DNA of 64,000 nt. Origin: Eledone cirrhosa (Eukaryota). Shown here in pieces: positions 14,270 through 27,747 of the stretch. A program made the position numbers and the translations under genes. Within the stretch, counting starts at the first letter, position 1. Each line of letters opens with the position of its first letter. The notes beneath the pieces were generated by a model. It did not search any database and was not told where the DNA came from. It was given only the letters and a program-made list of their open reading frames with translations. The stretch spans positions 270,754,001 to 270,818,000 of the forward strand of contig OZ024742.1 of assembly GCA_964016885.1 (NCBI GenBank). The letters run 5' to 3'.

Positions 14270-14960
14270 AAAACAGGTAAGGGGACCGGAGCCAATGCCA
14301 GCAAACGAATCCATTCTAACATTGTCGTATGGTATACTCCCCCCTCTATTCTGCGCTGGACTACGGAGCGTCCTTGTAGTCATTTTCTTCAGTGTCTTGG
14401 ATAAGCACTTCCCGAAGCAACATAGGTACCGCGCTATTTTTAAAAGGCACACAATTAAATTATCCTATTCCACATCTAGAAACTAGGCGCGAAATATAGA
14501 AACCATAAAGCGGAGTAGATTAAGAATTAACCGTGACTCATTAGCAACCGTAGTGAAGCATGCAATCCAAATACTTCTCCCCTCGATAATAACATTATGG
14601 ACCGGATGCGACCACGGAAACACACAGAACGATCGGCAATCCAGGCAACAGCACCTCCTCTGATTATAATTGTAGAAGTCCTAGTAAAAGTCCTGTTAAT
14701 GCTCTAGCAGTAACTATATCGGAGTTGCTGCTAATAAATTTAAGGAAGGCTGGTACAACCACTGCCACACCTTTAATAGATTAGGTCAGAAAAACAGCAC
14801 CACCATCTCCGAACATGTGTGGCGGCTCAAGCCTGGTAACATTAGCGACACCCTGTTGTGGTTCACAGTCACCACATCCCAACCCTATAGGGGAGGAGGA
14901 CAATATTTGTGTCACCTCAGATCAATTGGAACGTTCCTCATTCTATAAAACTTAGCAACG
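14270..14960 (+). mobile_element. Penelope-like fragment (linker plus GIY-YIG remnant)
   Basis: VWYTPP; LDKHFPKQHRYRAIFKRHTIKLSYS (homologous to ORF 28466-28693); YIGVAANKFKEGWYNH; ISEHVWRLK. Confidence 0.8.
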
Positions 14961-15284
14961 TAGATGAACTAGCTATGGTCTAGTACAAAGCTTGACCATG
15001 TGAACCGGGCGTGGCCGAACAACTAAACAAACATTTGCCGAAATCTGGATACATGTATACGTCGGCCGCGAATCACATATCCACCACATTATAATACACA
15101 TATAAATTATATAATCACGATATGATGGTCAGTATTTTATGTTGTTTTGCTCTTTGTACTCCGTATGTATACTAGCAATTGTATCTATATACCACTGTCT
15201 GTTTTGATAACTATAACTCAATATTCTCGCCGTACAATGTTAAATATACAACTTATTTCTATTGGATTGTGATATACTATGCGT

Positions 15285-15600
15285 ATACTGAAATCCCATA
15301 GCAACTTTACGTGATCGTTTTCTATTACCAACTCTTCCTCATGCTCATACCACTTCTCAAAATGTGGTAAATTATTTAGTTTGCATAAATGCAGGTATTC
15401 AACTTTCCTATTATAATGTGCCTCCATCCTATATAATGAGTCTAGACTAGGTGTTTACACATTGATACGATGTGAGCCACAATCAACTTTCTCTCCATAG
15501 ATTATACAGAGAGAGCTAGTCTCCTGATAGTCAATGTGGTGTTCACTTCGTTCTGATGGCTTGCTCTTGTGCATTAATTTCCATTAGGACACCACCCGTT
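15285..15600 (-). mobile_element. decayed R4/Dong fragment
   Basis: LCKLNNLPHFEKWYEHEEELVIENDHVKLLWDF matches the 54172-54750 copy. Confidence 0.8.
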
Positions 15601-15819
15601 GGCCTACCGACGGAAGGTGTTAGAGAAGTGCTGTCAACGTATTTGTTAAACTTAACTTAAGAGTAGGATAATTACATACATAGATATTAACATGCATACA
15701 TATATACATACATGTATGTATGTGTGTATGCCTGTATGTGTGAGTGTAAAAGCCAATGCAATAAGTTGTAAGATCAAAATTGGTAAGGTTATGTCAAGAA
15801 GATCATTGCATTTTTACAG

Positions 15820-15989
15820 ATCGCCAATCGAACGAACATGTTCATACAATACGTAATCCGCTAAGTGCAGGAATCCTCGATATTATAGAGTCCAAGCATA
15901 CTGATTATAAACATTATAAATCCGAAAATTTAAAAGTAATCGAAAACATTTTTATTCGTCTTACGCACGTTTCAACAGAAGAAATGTAA
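15820..15989 (+). CDS. candidate terminal coding exon of an unidentified host gene
   Basis: Acceptor tttttacag, open frame RQSNEHVHTIRNPLSAGILDIIESKH...STEEM*, AATAAA ~50 nt downstream; no recognisable homology. Confidence 0.3.
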
Positions 15990-16884
15990 CGATAGGTATA
16001 GTTAAACATTTTCTATATAGCAAAAGTGTAGTATATAGAAATAAATCAATATAATAAGAATCCAGCATAACGAAAAAATATGAACTGACTCGAACACAAT
16101 TTTATTCCATTTCATTCGTTTATTCAGAGACATTTTAAATTTTACATCAAATTTAGTAGAATCAAGTCTCCCAAGGAAAACAAGAAGAAATAATTGACTG
16201 AGAATCTCAATACATTAGTCATCACTGGAATAAATCTCAGTGAAAATTAAACTGTTAAATAGATAACTATGTGTGTTCACTAGAGGGTTGCAGTGGCTGC
16301 ACGTGTGCAATTAGATTAATAGCTCTTTAATGAAGTGGCTGGATGCGTTTTGTAATCTTAATCACGCTTTTGGATTGGTGTTTTGTTGCGAATCTATTTC
16401 TAAGTAAACGCATTTGGCTTAATATTAGGGTGTACGACTTGGGTTGGCGCATATTGAGCTTCTTATGTGCCGGTGGCACTTAGAGTTAATACTGTGGTGT
16501 CGAGTAATGGTATGTTTATTTGAACAAGACCCCTCAGTGGAGGTACTTATGTAAATGCTATATTGTAATATCGACTAGATTATCCGTGATCATTGACGAT
16601 AACTAAAATATAGGATGTTGACATATATTTCATTTGTCAATGGTTGACTGGCACACATCCTCATGATGTTTCGATAATTAATCTACCGTAACCACCATCT
16701 TCACATAAGTATAACATACAGATACGCATGATTATGCACAAAGACACATTCATGCACACACAACTAGGCACCCACAAACACACAACTACTCCCTAAATAT
16801 ATAAAATATGTATTTAAAAAATAAATGTATGTGTAGTTGCATATATAAAATACAATCAAATTATTCTAAACCTTATGTCGCTGG

Positions 16885-17585
16885 CAAAAATATGAAAGTC
16901 GTGGATAGGTTTGTATATCGAGGCAGCACTGTGAATAATCTGGATGGAGAATTCACCCTCTGAATCACCAAGCCAAGAATGCATTTGGAAAACTATATGG
17001 ACGTCTATGGTATTTCCATTAACAGTGTATAATGCTTGTGATTTGTCCTCTTTTTGAATTCATCTGAACCTTGGGTTACTTAACGAAGGTACTCCAAAAC
17101 GTTGGAACACTTTCACAAACAGCGGCTCCGATGTATACAAGACGTCTACTAGAAATTGTACGTGAGTGACACTGAAGTCCTCGAAGGCAGTCGGTTTACC
17201 ACTCTACAGTCTCTCATATTTCAAAATCGATTGAGATGGATATGTCATGTTGCGAGTATGGATTACGATCGCATCCATGGGCAGTACTTCTCTGGTGAGC
17301 TGGTTGAAGGTAAACGACCGGCGCAAAAAATAAAATTGAGGTACAGGGATTGAAATTGAGGGAAGTGAATATATCGGAAAATGAATGAGCAAGCGTTTCT
17401 GCAGATCGACATTACTGGAGGAAGACAACCTTATTGAGCATGAACAGACCAAGCGGTGTGCCAGAAGGGCCAAGAGTTTGGTTTCTCCAAATAATTTGCC
17501 ATACAGTTTGAATTAATCTATAAAGAATGTGACTGGGTATGTCTAAGTAGAGTGGGCCTTGGAAGTCATCGGAGAATCTCTGTAC
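16885..17585 (+). mobile_element. RTE-clade LINE 3' fragment
   Basis: KAKNAFGKLYGRLW; VSDTEVLE...RLRWICHVASMDYDRI...GELVEGKRP...LRYRD; terminal CDWVCLSRVGLGSH zinc finger. Confidence 0.85.
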
Positions 17586-18115
17586 AAGGGGGCACAGTGA
17601 AACGTGCATTGTAAGACATTTACGCTTGTGGGGACCGTGGAAATGAGAGGTCTCGACGTCACAAGCCCTGTTCTTCCTCATGTGCGTTTTTCATAAACAC
17701 GCATGATTTTAAACTAGCCAGTTTTAGAATTCCCTTTTTGGCTTATAATTCTGGGAGAGCCCTGGTTATCTGTTGAGCTCTGCTGATGATTGAAATCCAA
17801 CCGTGACCATCTCCACTGAAAGTTTTCATGAAATAGTCTTTAAGACTATACAGAGCATTTGATGTTTTTTTCCAAATTGAAGGATGAGTATTTTAAACTT
17901 TATTTTATCATGAGTTAAGGGTCTATTGATTTTTCCCTGGATTTCACTAAATTCTGTGGATGAATTTGTATCCTGATTCTCTTTTGAGATGAGTTTGAAT
18001 TATTTTTCCTACATCTTACGTTAACTATATTTCCCATCTTGACGACATAGTCGCATATATATATGTTATGGAATACTGTTAGCTTCTCGCTAAAACAATT
18101 TCTATACCTTTCATT

Positions 18116-18152
<37 letters not shown>

Positions 18153-18171
18153 GTATATAGATATGTATATA

Positions 18172-18241
<70 letters not shown>

Positions 18242-18640
18242 TAGCATTTATGTTATGTTGTTTTCTAACGGCTTGAACTGCTCATTCAGTTTAGTAAGTG
18301 ATGATGCACGAAAGAAAAGCACATGACCTTACAAAAATCAACTATCGTAGATGTGCTATCACGTGGCTGGTTCATGAATGGTATTAAATATACATTAAAT
18401 ACAAAAAGAAACGGACAGGAATAATTCAAAAAGTTTTAATTTTGCGTAAACGCTATACGTATTTTAATGGCTTAGTTTGGCCATCCTCTCTTGATGAAGT
18501 CTTAGGAGATTTCATTGCATGTTGATTGCAACAGGACTTATATAAGATAACGGGATTGCGGTGAACATGCGTTTGCTGTAATCCTGTTAGATTATATAAC
18601 TTTAATGAATGTTGCCAGTCCGGCCTACCGTTGCTTTAAA

Positions 18641-18719
<79 letters not shown>

Positions 18720-18797
18720 ATATATATATTCATATATATATATATGTGTGTGTATGTATATATATATATTCATATATATACATATATATATATATAT

Positions 18798-19085
18798 GTG
18801 GAAAACAATGTTACGAAATTTCATTTGTCACTCTTAGCACGGCTGATACTTAAATATAAGTATGTATAAGTACATACATATATGTATACAGACGTACAGT
18901 AGTATGTATATATATACTAACATGAACATATATCTGTATGTACGTATGGGTTTACCGAATATTTATTAAAATGTTCGGTAAACCCATACGTACATATATA
19001 TGTGTGTGCATGTGTGTATATATATATATACATACTACTGTACGACAGTATACATATATGTATGTACGTATACATACTTATACAT
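18798..19085. mobile_element. fold-back fragment of the 6183-6790 family
   Basis: cactcttagcacggctgatacttaaa...gtacgtatgggtttaccgaa shared with 6630-6750; inverted arms 18855-19082 with apex ~18965. Confidence 0.75.
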
Positions 19086-19140
19086 ATATATATGTATATA
19101 TATATATATAATTTATATGGAGAGAGAGGGGGGGAGAGTG

Positions 19141-19191
<51 letters not shown>

Positions 19192-19684
19192 GAGAGGGAA
19201 CAAGAGAGAACATTGATGGTATCAGTGCGTATTTTATTTTATTTTGATTGTCTTAGCTGCTGGTTACATACATTTGAACAATATTTGATGATAGACTAGA
19301 TGATGATTGTATTTGTATAATACTAGACATTATAATATACTTCATCATGCAGCTTAACGAAAGTGATATTTTACCGACCGCAAAGTATGAATTTCAATTA
19401 ACTATTAGGATGTTATCGTTTGGGACTCACAATCTTAGAGTACAGGGTTCGATTCGTAGACCATTCGGCGTAGTTTGTCCTTTATTTCACGTTATTCTAA
19501 TCTATTCAGTTGAATATAATTACCAGCCACAACTCACGACTAACTGGCTTCACCTTCTATGTTAGTCATACTTTCCCACTCCTTTACTCCCAGATCAAAT
19601 TGCCGTATCTTCTGTATGATGAATCTCTACACACGCGGCAGTGTTTAGTTGACATATGAACGTCTGTATTTCAGAGAAAACAAG

Positions 19685-19685
<1 letters not shown>

Positions 19686-19724
<39 letters not shown>

Positions 19725-19739
19725 CGCTCGCATACACAC

Positions 19740-19781
<42 letters not shown>

Positions 19782-19802
19782 ACAGACACACACACACACA
19801 CT

Positions 19803-19872
<70 letters not shown>

Positions 19873-19890
19873 CTCTCTCTCTATCTCTCC
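19686..19890. repeat. (CA)n-(CT)n microsatellite
   Basis: Direct reading. Confidence 0.95.
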
Positions 19891-20091
19891 CTTGCCATCG
19901 GTCTACCACACTCTCTCTCCACATCTATGAACCTGCTCTCTGTGGCAATAAATAATCCCAATCTTGACCACATCAACACAATGCCTAAGGGTTGTCACCT
20001 TGAGAATAATCAGTAAATTAAAACCCCTACCACATTTTGATTAAGCTATCTGTATTCTTCAAACCACTCTCTCCCACTTCTCCAACCTCTA

Positions 20092-20214
<123 letters not shown>

Positions 20215-21867
20215 CTCCCCTTCTGTCTCACTTCCTTTCTCCAATAAATTCCTTTAAGAAATACAAGGGTATTTACATTTTAACCATTCTGCTCTGAGGA
20301 AATGGTAGTCGCAGCATTTGAAAATTGAATTTCTGCAATCAAATAATTATTAATTATCAATTGCACATAGTATGACTAGGCTGTATAACTACTGTTGAAA
20401 CATTTGTAAGCACTCGGAATAAATTACCTTTTTATTATGTCTATCTGTTATTTTTCATTCTTTATCTACACTCCGGAATACAGAAGGATCAGAAACTGAA
20501 TGTTTCCGAATATCCTTCCCTAACCCGTTGAGTAATCCCTCACCGTACGTCAACTCTATCTAGTGTAGTAATTAACCATTACTGCATTCAGGTTAACCCA
20601 AAGCATTTCTTGCATAACCTAATATATATATATATATATATATATGTATTTATATATTTATTAAAAATTAGCCTCGGCATAGCTGACCGCTGGTTTTCTA
20701 TTCATATCTGTATATCTTAAAATATACGAAATTCACATACGTGTATGTATACAGCAATGCCGAATCTAAACTCTAATTCTACTATTTAGTTGAGCCAACA
20801 TATAGAGCTTCATATGCAAAAGATGCTAATCAGCCCTCCTACACAGGCAAAATGCTTTCACAATTCGCCAAAGCTAGATACACGGCGTTGTCCGCCAGCT
20901 TTCTATTCATGGCTGGGCTTTCAAAATGGTTATTTGTTAAGCATACCAAATATATTTAGATATACAAAATTCACACGCACACATACACACATATATATAT
21001 ATATATATATACGCATAAACATATATATATATACATAAATTAAAAAAAATATATAGAACACATCAACCTCCGAAAACTTAATGAAATATGTTATAATCTT
21101 TCATGACGAAAATGATAATAGTGATTTTCTATTTGACATATAATTCCAACACGCTTATGCGGAGTAAAATCAATGTGAAAAACTAAACCATTACATTATC
21201 TATGTCTGCTTCATGCTTAGATTGTTGATTTTCGTAATCAATCTCAAATATTTTATCATTCGTCTGATGTTCATGCTGTGGCATCAGTGAACCTAGTATT
21301 TCAGAATTTAGCTTTTGATTTCAAGATTCATAACTAATATTGTATATTATATACATATCACAAACTTCATAACGTTTTTTTTTATATATATTTCATTAGT
21401 TTTATTATTGTTATTCATATAATTCTTTGCATTGACATAACTCATGACTTTGTGTAAAACTACTGAAGCTGCTGGGTAGAAGTGGAAACTTCATCTACAA
21501 ACCGTATAATAATTCAGATAACTGCATTGAAGGTTATTTGTTGCATAGGACTAAATCTTAAATATAATATATGTTTAGATCGGTTTATCATCCCGTTGTT
21601 TTCAATTTTGTGCAAATAATGAACGAAGATTATGTTAGAAGTTATTAATAAATGTTAATAAAGTGTTATTTGCATATCAATATTCTCAATACTGAAATAA
21701 ACGTGACATTCTTTAAATCAGCAATAAATATTGCTCGATATATGTATTATACATCCAAGGACAAAGTCGTATTCCATTGTCAACCACATATGGTTATTTA
21801 AAGATATACTTGAAACCAATAGAAATTGTAAAATGTTTCGTGTATAATGCTTCTTATTCTCGTTTGC

Positions 21868-22075
21868 GGTAAGGGGTGGTGGATTGGCAATATCGGTAGA
21901 GTGTCGGACGTTATGCTGTGCAATATAGAGTTACGGTCCTTTATGATCTGAGTTCAAATCCCGCCGAGGTAAACTTTGCCTTTCATCCTTACGGAGTACC
22001 AGTAATGCACTGGGGTCATGTTTATCTAGTTTCCCTTACCCCAAATTTGCTGGCCTTGTGCCTACATAAGAAACC
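21868..22075 (+). mobile_element. tRNA-derived SINE with 12-bp TSD
   Basis: Head ggtggattggcaatatcggtag...gagttcaaatcccgccgagg, core tttgcctttcatcctt; TSD attctcgtttgc at 21856 and 22076. Confidence 0.9.
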
Positions 22076-22574
22076 ATTCTCGTTTGCTTTAATAATCAAA
22101 TTGAATTACCGTACTATAGAACATTTCAAAGTAACTTTTTAACTAGCGGTTGTCATAAAGTGATATGCAAAAATTAAGCTTGTGTTGAAAGCCATCATAA
22201 CATTATGAAATGATTAAATTAGTCTAATAAAATGTCAATTGGAAAGGATGAAAGTAACAGTAAAAATACTACGAATAAATATAGTGACACAGGCGGAAGA
22301 TTTGCAGATTTGAAACAGAATATGAACACATAAAATAAATAAATAAATAGATTAAAGGACGATTGTGAATCACTTTAGTTTTGTATCCATTTCAAAGAGT
22401 ACATTGTCTTCTCACGTTATCTATGTAATAACGCAATGCTAAATGTTTTGACAGAATTATACAGACAATAAAACTTCATTGCAATTTCAATTTCAATTTC
22501 AATTTAAAGACATATTAAGATTAAACTTTTTTTTTTGTGGGAGACTGCAATCTATTTAATAATAATAATGGTAA

Positions 22575-23640
22575 TTATGATAATTTCTTTATTGGCCACA
22601 AGAGCCGACGTATAAGGGAGAATAAAAAAGACAATGGGCAGTATGGGTTTTACATAAATACGTGTAAACAATAAAAATAACAATAGAATAATAATACGAT
22701 ACAACTATGAAAATTCTCGAATAAGGCGGATAGACACCGAGGGTCGCCTAAGTTAACCCAAAATCCCGAATAAACCTACACTTCCAGACCAGCCGGAAAA
22801 CACACGGGCCATTCTCACCACATTCACCTACCTTTTAGCAAATGTATTGGGGGCAGCAGTACTTTCTCCATCTTCACCTGCCTATCTAAGTGAAACTTGA
22901 AAAGTTTATGAAAGATTGGTCAAAGAAAAAAGTGTGTCTTCAGTACTTTCAAGCTGGTCCACCAAACATCTTTCGCTACTACCACTAAACTGAGCAAAAT
23001 TGCCTGCCCTTCTCGCTCCGAAAGTATTTCAGACAGGCTTGTTTGCAGCTCTTCTAAACCTGCAGAGTTTATCTCGAACTGGAATTGGACACCAGTAGCA
23101 CTGCCAAACGAGAAATTTCTCAGTTATTCAAATTCCACGGCTTGAAAATCCTCCGGATCCGACTGTTCAGTTCGACTTGGTCGAAGCACAGAATTTCTCT
23201 TTGTGCGTTGTCGCACTTTCCTACAAGTAATCTTGTATAGAATGCGTGAGTAGGATTTCCACTAACTGCATTGCCCACCTCTGAGAAGGCGGTAAGTGCC
23301 TGAACAAAATGCAGATGCCAGGCGCCCAGTCTCACTCTCTGCATGTAATCCAAACTCACGAGCTGCAGAAAGGCCCGTCTGAAAAACGGAGACCATACTT
23401 CTTCTTCGTTTAGGCAGAATATCTGGAGATCCGCTGCCTCCGCGCATATTTGTGCATTATTAGCCAAGGTATGCCACGAAGAAGGTGGTGGATGTGAATG
23501 AACCGCCTTTCCAGCGTAACCTGTCCCTGTACAATAAGTTAAATAGGAGCTACTCCAATATGGTGAGGAGCAAACGCTTCCGCAGTAAAGTCTTGAGCGT
23601 CAATATGTGCAGAAGGGAGGATAGAAGGCACCCTAAAAAA
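22575..23640 (-). mobile_element. L1/Tx1-type LINE 3' fragment
   Basis: Reverse complement aligns by eye to 60240-61330 (atctccagatattctgcctaaacg; ttcaagtttcactt; cttgtggccaata then (ATT)n tail). Confidence 0.8.
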
Positions 23641-23654
23641 TGGTTTCTTATATA

Positions 23655-24035
23655 GGCTCAAGTCCAATAATCCTGGGGAAGGGGAAAGTCAATTAAATCG
23701 ACCCCAGTGTTTGCCGGGTACATTATTTTATCGATCCCGTAAGGATGAAACTCAAAGTTAACCTCGACGGGATTTGAACTCAGACCGTAAAGGGACGTAA
23801 CTATGCTAGTAAGCATGGCGCCCAACCCTCTACCAATAATAATAATAATTGTTTCTAATTTAGGCACAATGTCAGCAATTACCCAGTGCATTACTGGTAC
23901 TTTATTTTATCGACCCCGTAAGGATGAAAGGCAAAGTCAACTTCGGCGGGATTTGAACTCAGATCGTAAAGGGACGTAACTATGCTGGAAAGCACGGCGT
24001 CCGACCCTCTACCGATACTGCCAATCCACCCACCA
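23655..24035 (-). mobile_element. two tandem tRNA-derived SINE copies
   Basis: Two repeats of ttttatcga(t/c)cccgtaaggatgaaa...gggatttgaactcag separated by (TAA)n. Confidence 0.9.
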
Positions 24036-24049
24036 ATAATAATAATAAT

Positions 24050-25250
24050 AATAATATCGTTATTAGTCACACAGAGTGATATGGTGTGGGTTCTGTTTTT
24101 GAGTAAAATAACGTTTATAACTGTGGAGATTATGTGACACGCATGTAGAAATCCCAGAACAGCCACGGTCACACTGTCCGCTAGGGCAAATTGCCCTCTC
24201 CCAGTTTTTCTACTCAAATCTACAGGCGTATGCTCAAGGCAGACCCATTCACGCGAACGATGCTCGCCACTCTTACCCATCTTTCAACAAACTGATTGTA
24301 AGGCAGCACTTCCCTCTCCACCCTGACTTTCCTCTTCAAGTGAAATCTGAAAACGTTTATCAGAGTTTCAAGTAATAGGAGAATGGTTGTCGTTAACAAT
24401 TTCAGATGCATCCACAACACGACCTATTTCATCGTGGCTAGCAGGCAGACAAAACTACCTTTCCTCCCCTCTAAAAGAGGATGGCGGGACAATTTTCACA
24501 ATAAACTTATTTTATATTCGGATCCGTCCTACACGTGACAACAGATGTTCGACTTAAACCCGCATGCAAGCGACACTCCGACACTAGACGAGTGCATGCA
24601 GGACGGTGCTGTCACTCTGTGCATGCGTCACGCGAATAATACTAATCATAATTCGTTTATAGGCCAGAAAAGCCTACATATATTAGACAAAGCAAAAGAC
24701 AGGGACAGTCGGGAATTTACTTAAATAAATGTGTAAACAATATAGATAACAATAATAAAATAAAAGGAAAAATCCAACAAGGTAAATTCTCCAATAGGGT
24801 GGATAACCATACATTGGAAACTAAGGTGCCCCACCGAATCTCTACCACCAGAGACTTCCAGGGCAACAGGGAGGTGTTGCCCCTCCTCCTAAAATAACAC
24901 TGTCTACAGGCGCATGCTCAGAGTTGACCCATTAACACGGGCCACGCTCACCACATTCACCCACGTTTCATGTACTGGGAGGGGACAGAACCTCTCCACT
25001 TACACCTTCCTTTCCAAGTGAATTTTGTCAACGGCGATGAAGGGTTGGTTGAAGAGAAAAGTGACTGTTTTCAGTCCTTTCAATGTGGTTCACCACACAA
25101 CGTCTTTGTCTACCGTCGCAAGACAGGAACATGTCCTATTCTTTCCGGCTAAAATAAGGCGGCTTGTCGATCTTCACTACAGACTCGGTTGATAGCCGGA
25201 TCCGTTCTACACGTGAAAACACTGTTTGACATATCTCCTAAACATCGTGT
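24050..25250 (-). mobile_element. two further L1/Tx1-type 3' fragments, head to tail
   Basis: ORF 24220-24420 FRFHLKRKVRVEREVLPYNQFVERWVRVASIVRVNGSALSIRL matches ORF 60754-61107; a second homologous end lies at 24645-25250. Confidence 0.8.
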
Positions 25251-25859
25251 TTCTCATTGAAGAAATGGACTAATGCCATTCTCGCCGCTGCTAAGTGAGT
25301 TGCAATGCCACCACAATTAGCCTCGTCGAAATTTAGCTATCAGTTCCCCCTACTTTCTATTTTTCCGTAACCTTACTCCAAGCTAACGTTTGTTAGACCC
25401 CCACCACGTGATCTTGACGATACTCACAGTACCTTGGGCTTTTGCACCCATCTCTCCTATAAGCTACTCCCACACAATCTCAGCGTCCTTTACCCTTCCA
25501 GTCACACGCATCCTTTAAAGGGTGAAACGTTCGCAGAAAGCCTTCCAGACGCTTCAAGTTGTCAGTCCGTCCGGCACCGGTCGGGGCGTGCACAGCCATC
25601 TGTCGAAAGGTTCACGTCAGGGCCCACTATCATACCGTCAGGGCTCCGAAGATCACCCTTATCTCGGGATTCAGGCCTTTCCTATACAGCACTGCTACAC
25701 CAACTCCGACTAAGAGATTGCGAATATCTAATATTCGTCGAAAATGGGAACTAGTGGAGTCCATTCCTCTATTGAATATTGTATATAATCTACTATGTAT
25801 TGAGTTCGTTATTTAATGTCGTTATCCCGATTATATCCAGAATACATACAGGCACAAAA

Positions 25860-25949
<90 letters not shown>

Positions 25950-25954
25950 GTATA

Positions 25955-26146
25955 TAACGAAGGAAATGTGGTAAGGAATCAGATGGACCATAACGCACCA
26001 AAGTCCTCAATACTTAGAGTAGTAGAATAGGTAACAGGAACAAGTAGGACCCCGACGGCTGAGCTCAAGCCGTTTCGACGGCTAATTCTGGACTCAAAAT
26101 TAGCCGTCAAAACGGCTTGAGCTCAGCCGTCAGGTTCCTACTTGTT

Positions 26147-26149
<3 letters not shown>
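25955..26149. mobile_element. short PLE-like terminus with ~114-nt fold-back containing a half hammerhead
   Basis: Inverted arms 26036-26149; GAAA-cggct tgagctc agccg-TC half motif; near-identical to 41828-42022. Confidence 0.7.
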
Positions 26150-26181
<32 letters not shown>

Positions 26182-26228
26182 TTACGTTCATGTATATGCA
26201 TGTGTATATATATATGTTTCTGTGTGTG

Positions 26229-26474
26229 TATGTAAGTGTAGAAATATATATCTTAGTGGGTGTGTTTCTATGTGTACGTTTATGCATATGTGTGGTCTTG
26301 TATGTGAGTATGTATATATATGTGTATAAACATCTTACCAATTGTTAAACATCTGACCAATTGACAACAAACATTTCCTTGGTTGACTCTAATATAAGTA
26401 GAAGTTGAATTTATAATTTGTCTATATGTGCCTGTCAGTGTAGATGTGCATAGTGTTGTATGTATGTGTTTATG

Positions 26475-26558
<84 letters not shown>

Positions 26559-26833
26559 TATATATATATATACATACATAAACACATACATACAACAATA
26601 TACACATATGCACTGACAGGCACATATGGACAAATTGTAAATTCAACTTCTACATATATTAGAGTCAACCAAGGAAATGTTTGTTGTCAATTGGTCAGAT
26701 GTTTAACAATTGGTAAGATGTTTATACACATATATATACATACTCACATACAAGACCACACATTGCATAAACGTACACATAGAAAAACACATAGAAAAAC
26801 ACACACTAAGATATATATTACTACACTTACATA
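26229..26833. repeat. ~250-bp inverted repeat centred on (TA)n
   Basis: 26229-26480 is the reverse complement of 26571-26833. Confidence 0.85.
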
Positions 26834-27067
26834 TCAGTCATTGTTGATTTATTTAAAGGAAAGGGACTTCTTTAAAAGCTAAATTCTTTAAGGTTCTACT
26901 AAGTGACAAAGGCCTAGAGAATTCTGTAGACAGATTCAAAATATTGAGTGCATATCATAAGATTATTTTCGAAATTCTCTTAAACTATTCAACTGTATGC
27001 CAAAAATCAACAGACACATTCACAAGAACACTCACTCAAACACTCGCGCGCACCCACAAACACCCAC

Positions 27068-27100
<33 letters not shown>

Positions 27101-27101
27101 T

Positions 27102-27162
<61 letters not shown>

Positions 27163-27309
27163 TATACACACACCTACGTACACACATACACACACACATA
27201 TACACACACATATATATATATATACACACACACATACACACATATATATATATATACACACACATATATATATACATACATATACACATATACATGTATA
27301 TATATATAT

Positions 27310-27342
<33 letters not shown>

Positions 27343-27397
27343 TACATATATATATATATATATACATACACACATACATATACACACACACATACAT

Positions 27398-27493
<96 letters not shown>

Positions 27494-27705
27494 CTCTTTT
27501 ACCTGTTTCAGCCATCCGGCTGAGGCCATGCTGGGGCACCGCCCTTGCTATATATACATACACACATATATATACATATATATATATATACACATACACA
27601 CACACACACGTATATATACACAAATATATGCACACATACACACATACATATACACACACACACACCCACACACACACATATATATACACACATACATACA
27701 CACAT

Positions 27706-27747
<42 letters not shown>

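Noticed and set aside
17783-17825. CTGATGA motif
   Set aside because: No correctly placed GAAA, stem III or stem I.
21868-21970. tRNA-like A and B boxes
   Set aside because: Head of a multi-copy SINE with TSDs; no complete cloverleaf seen.
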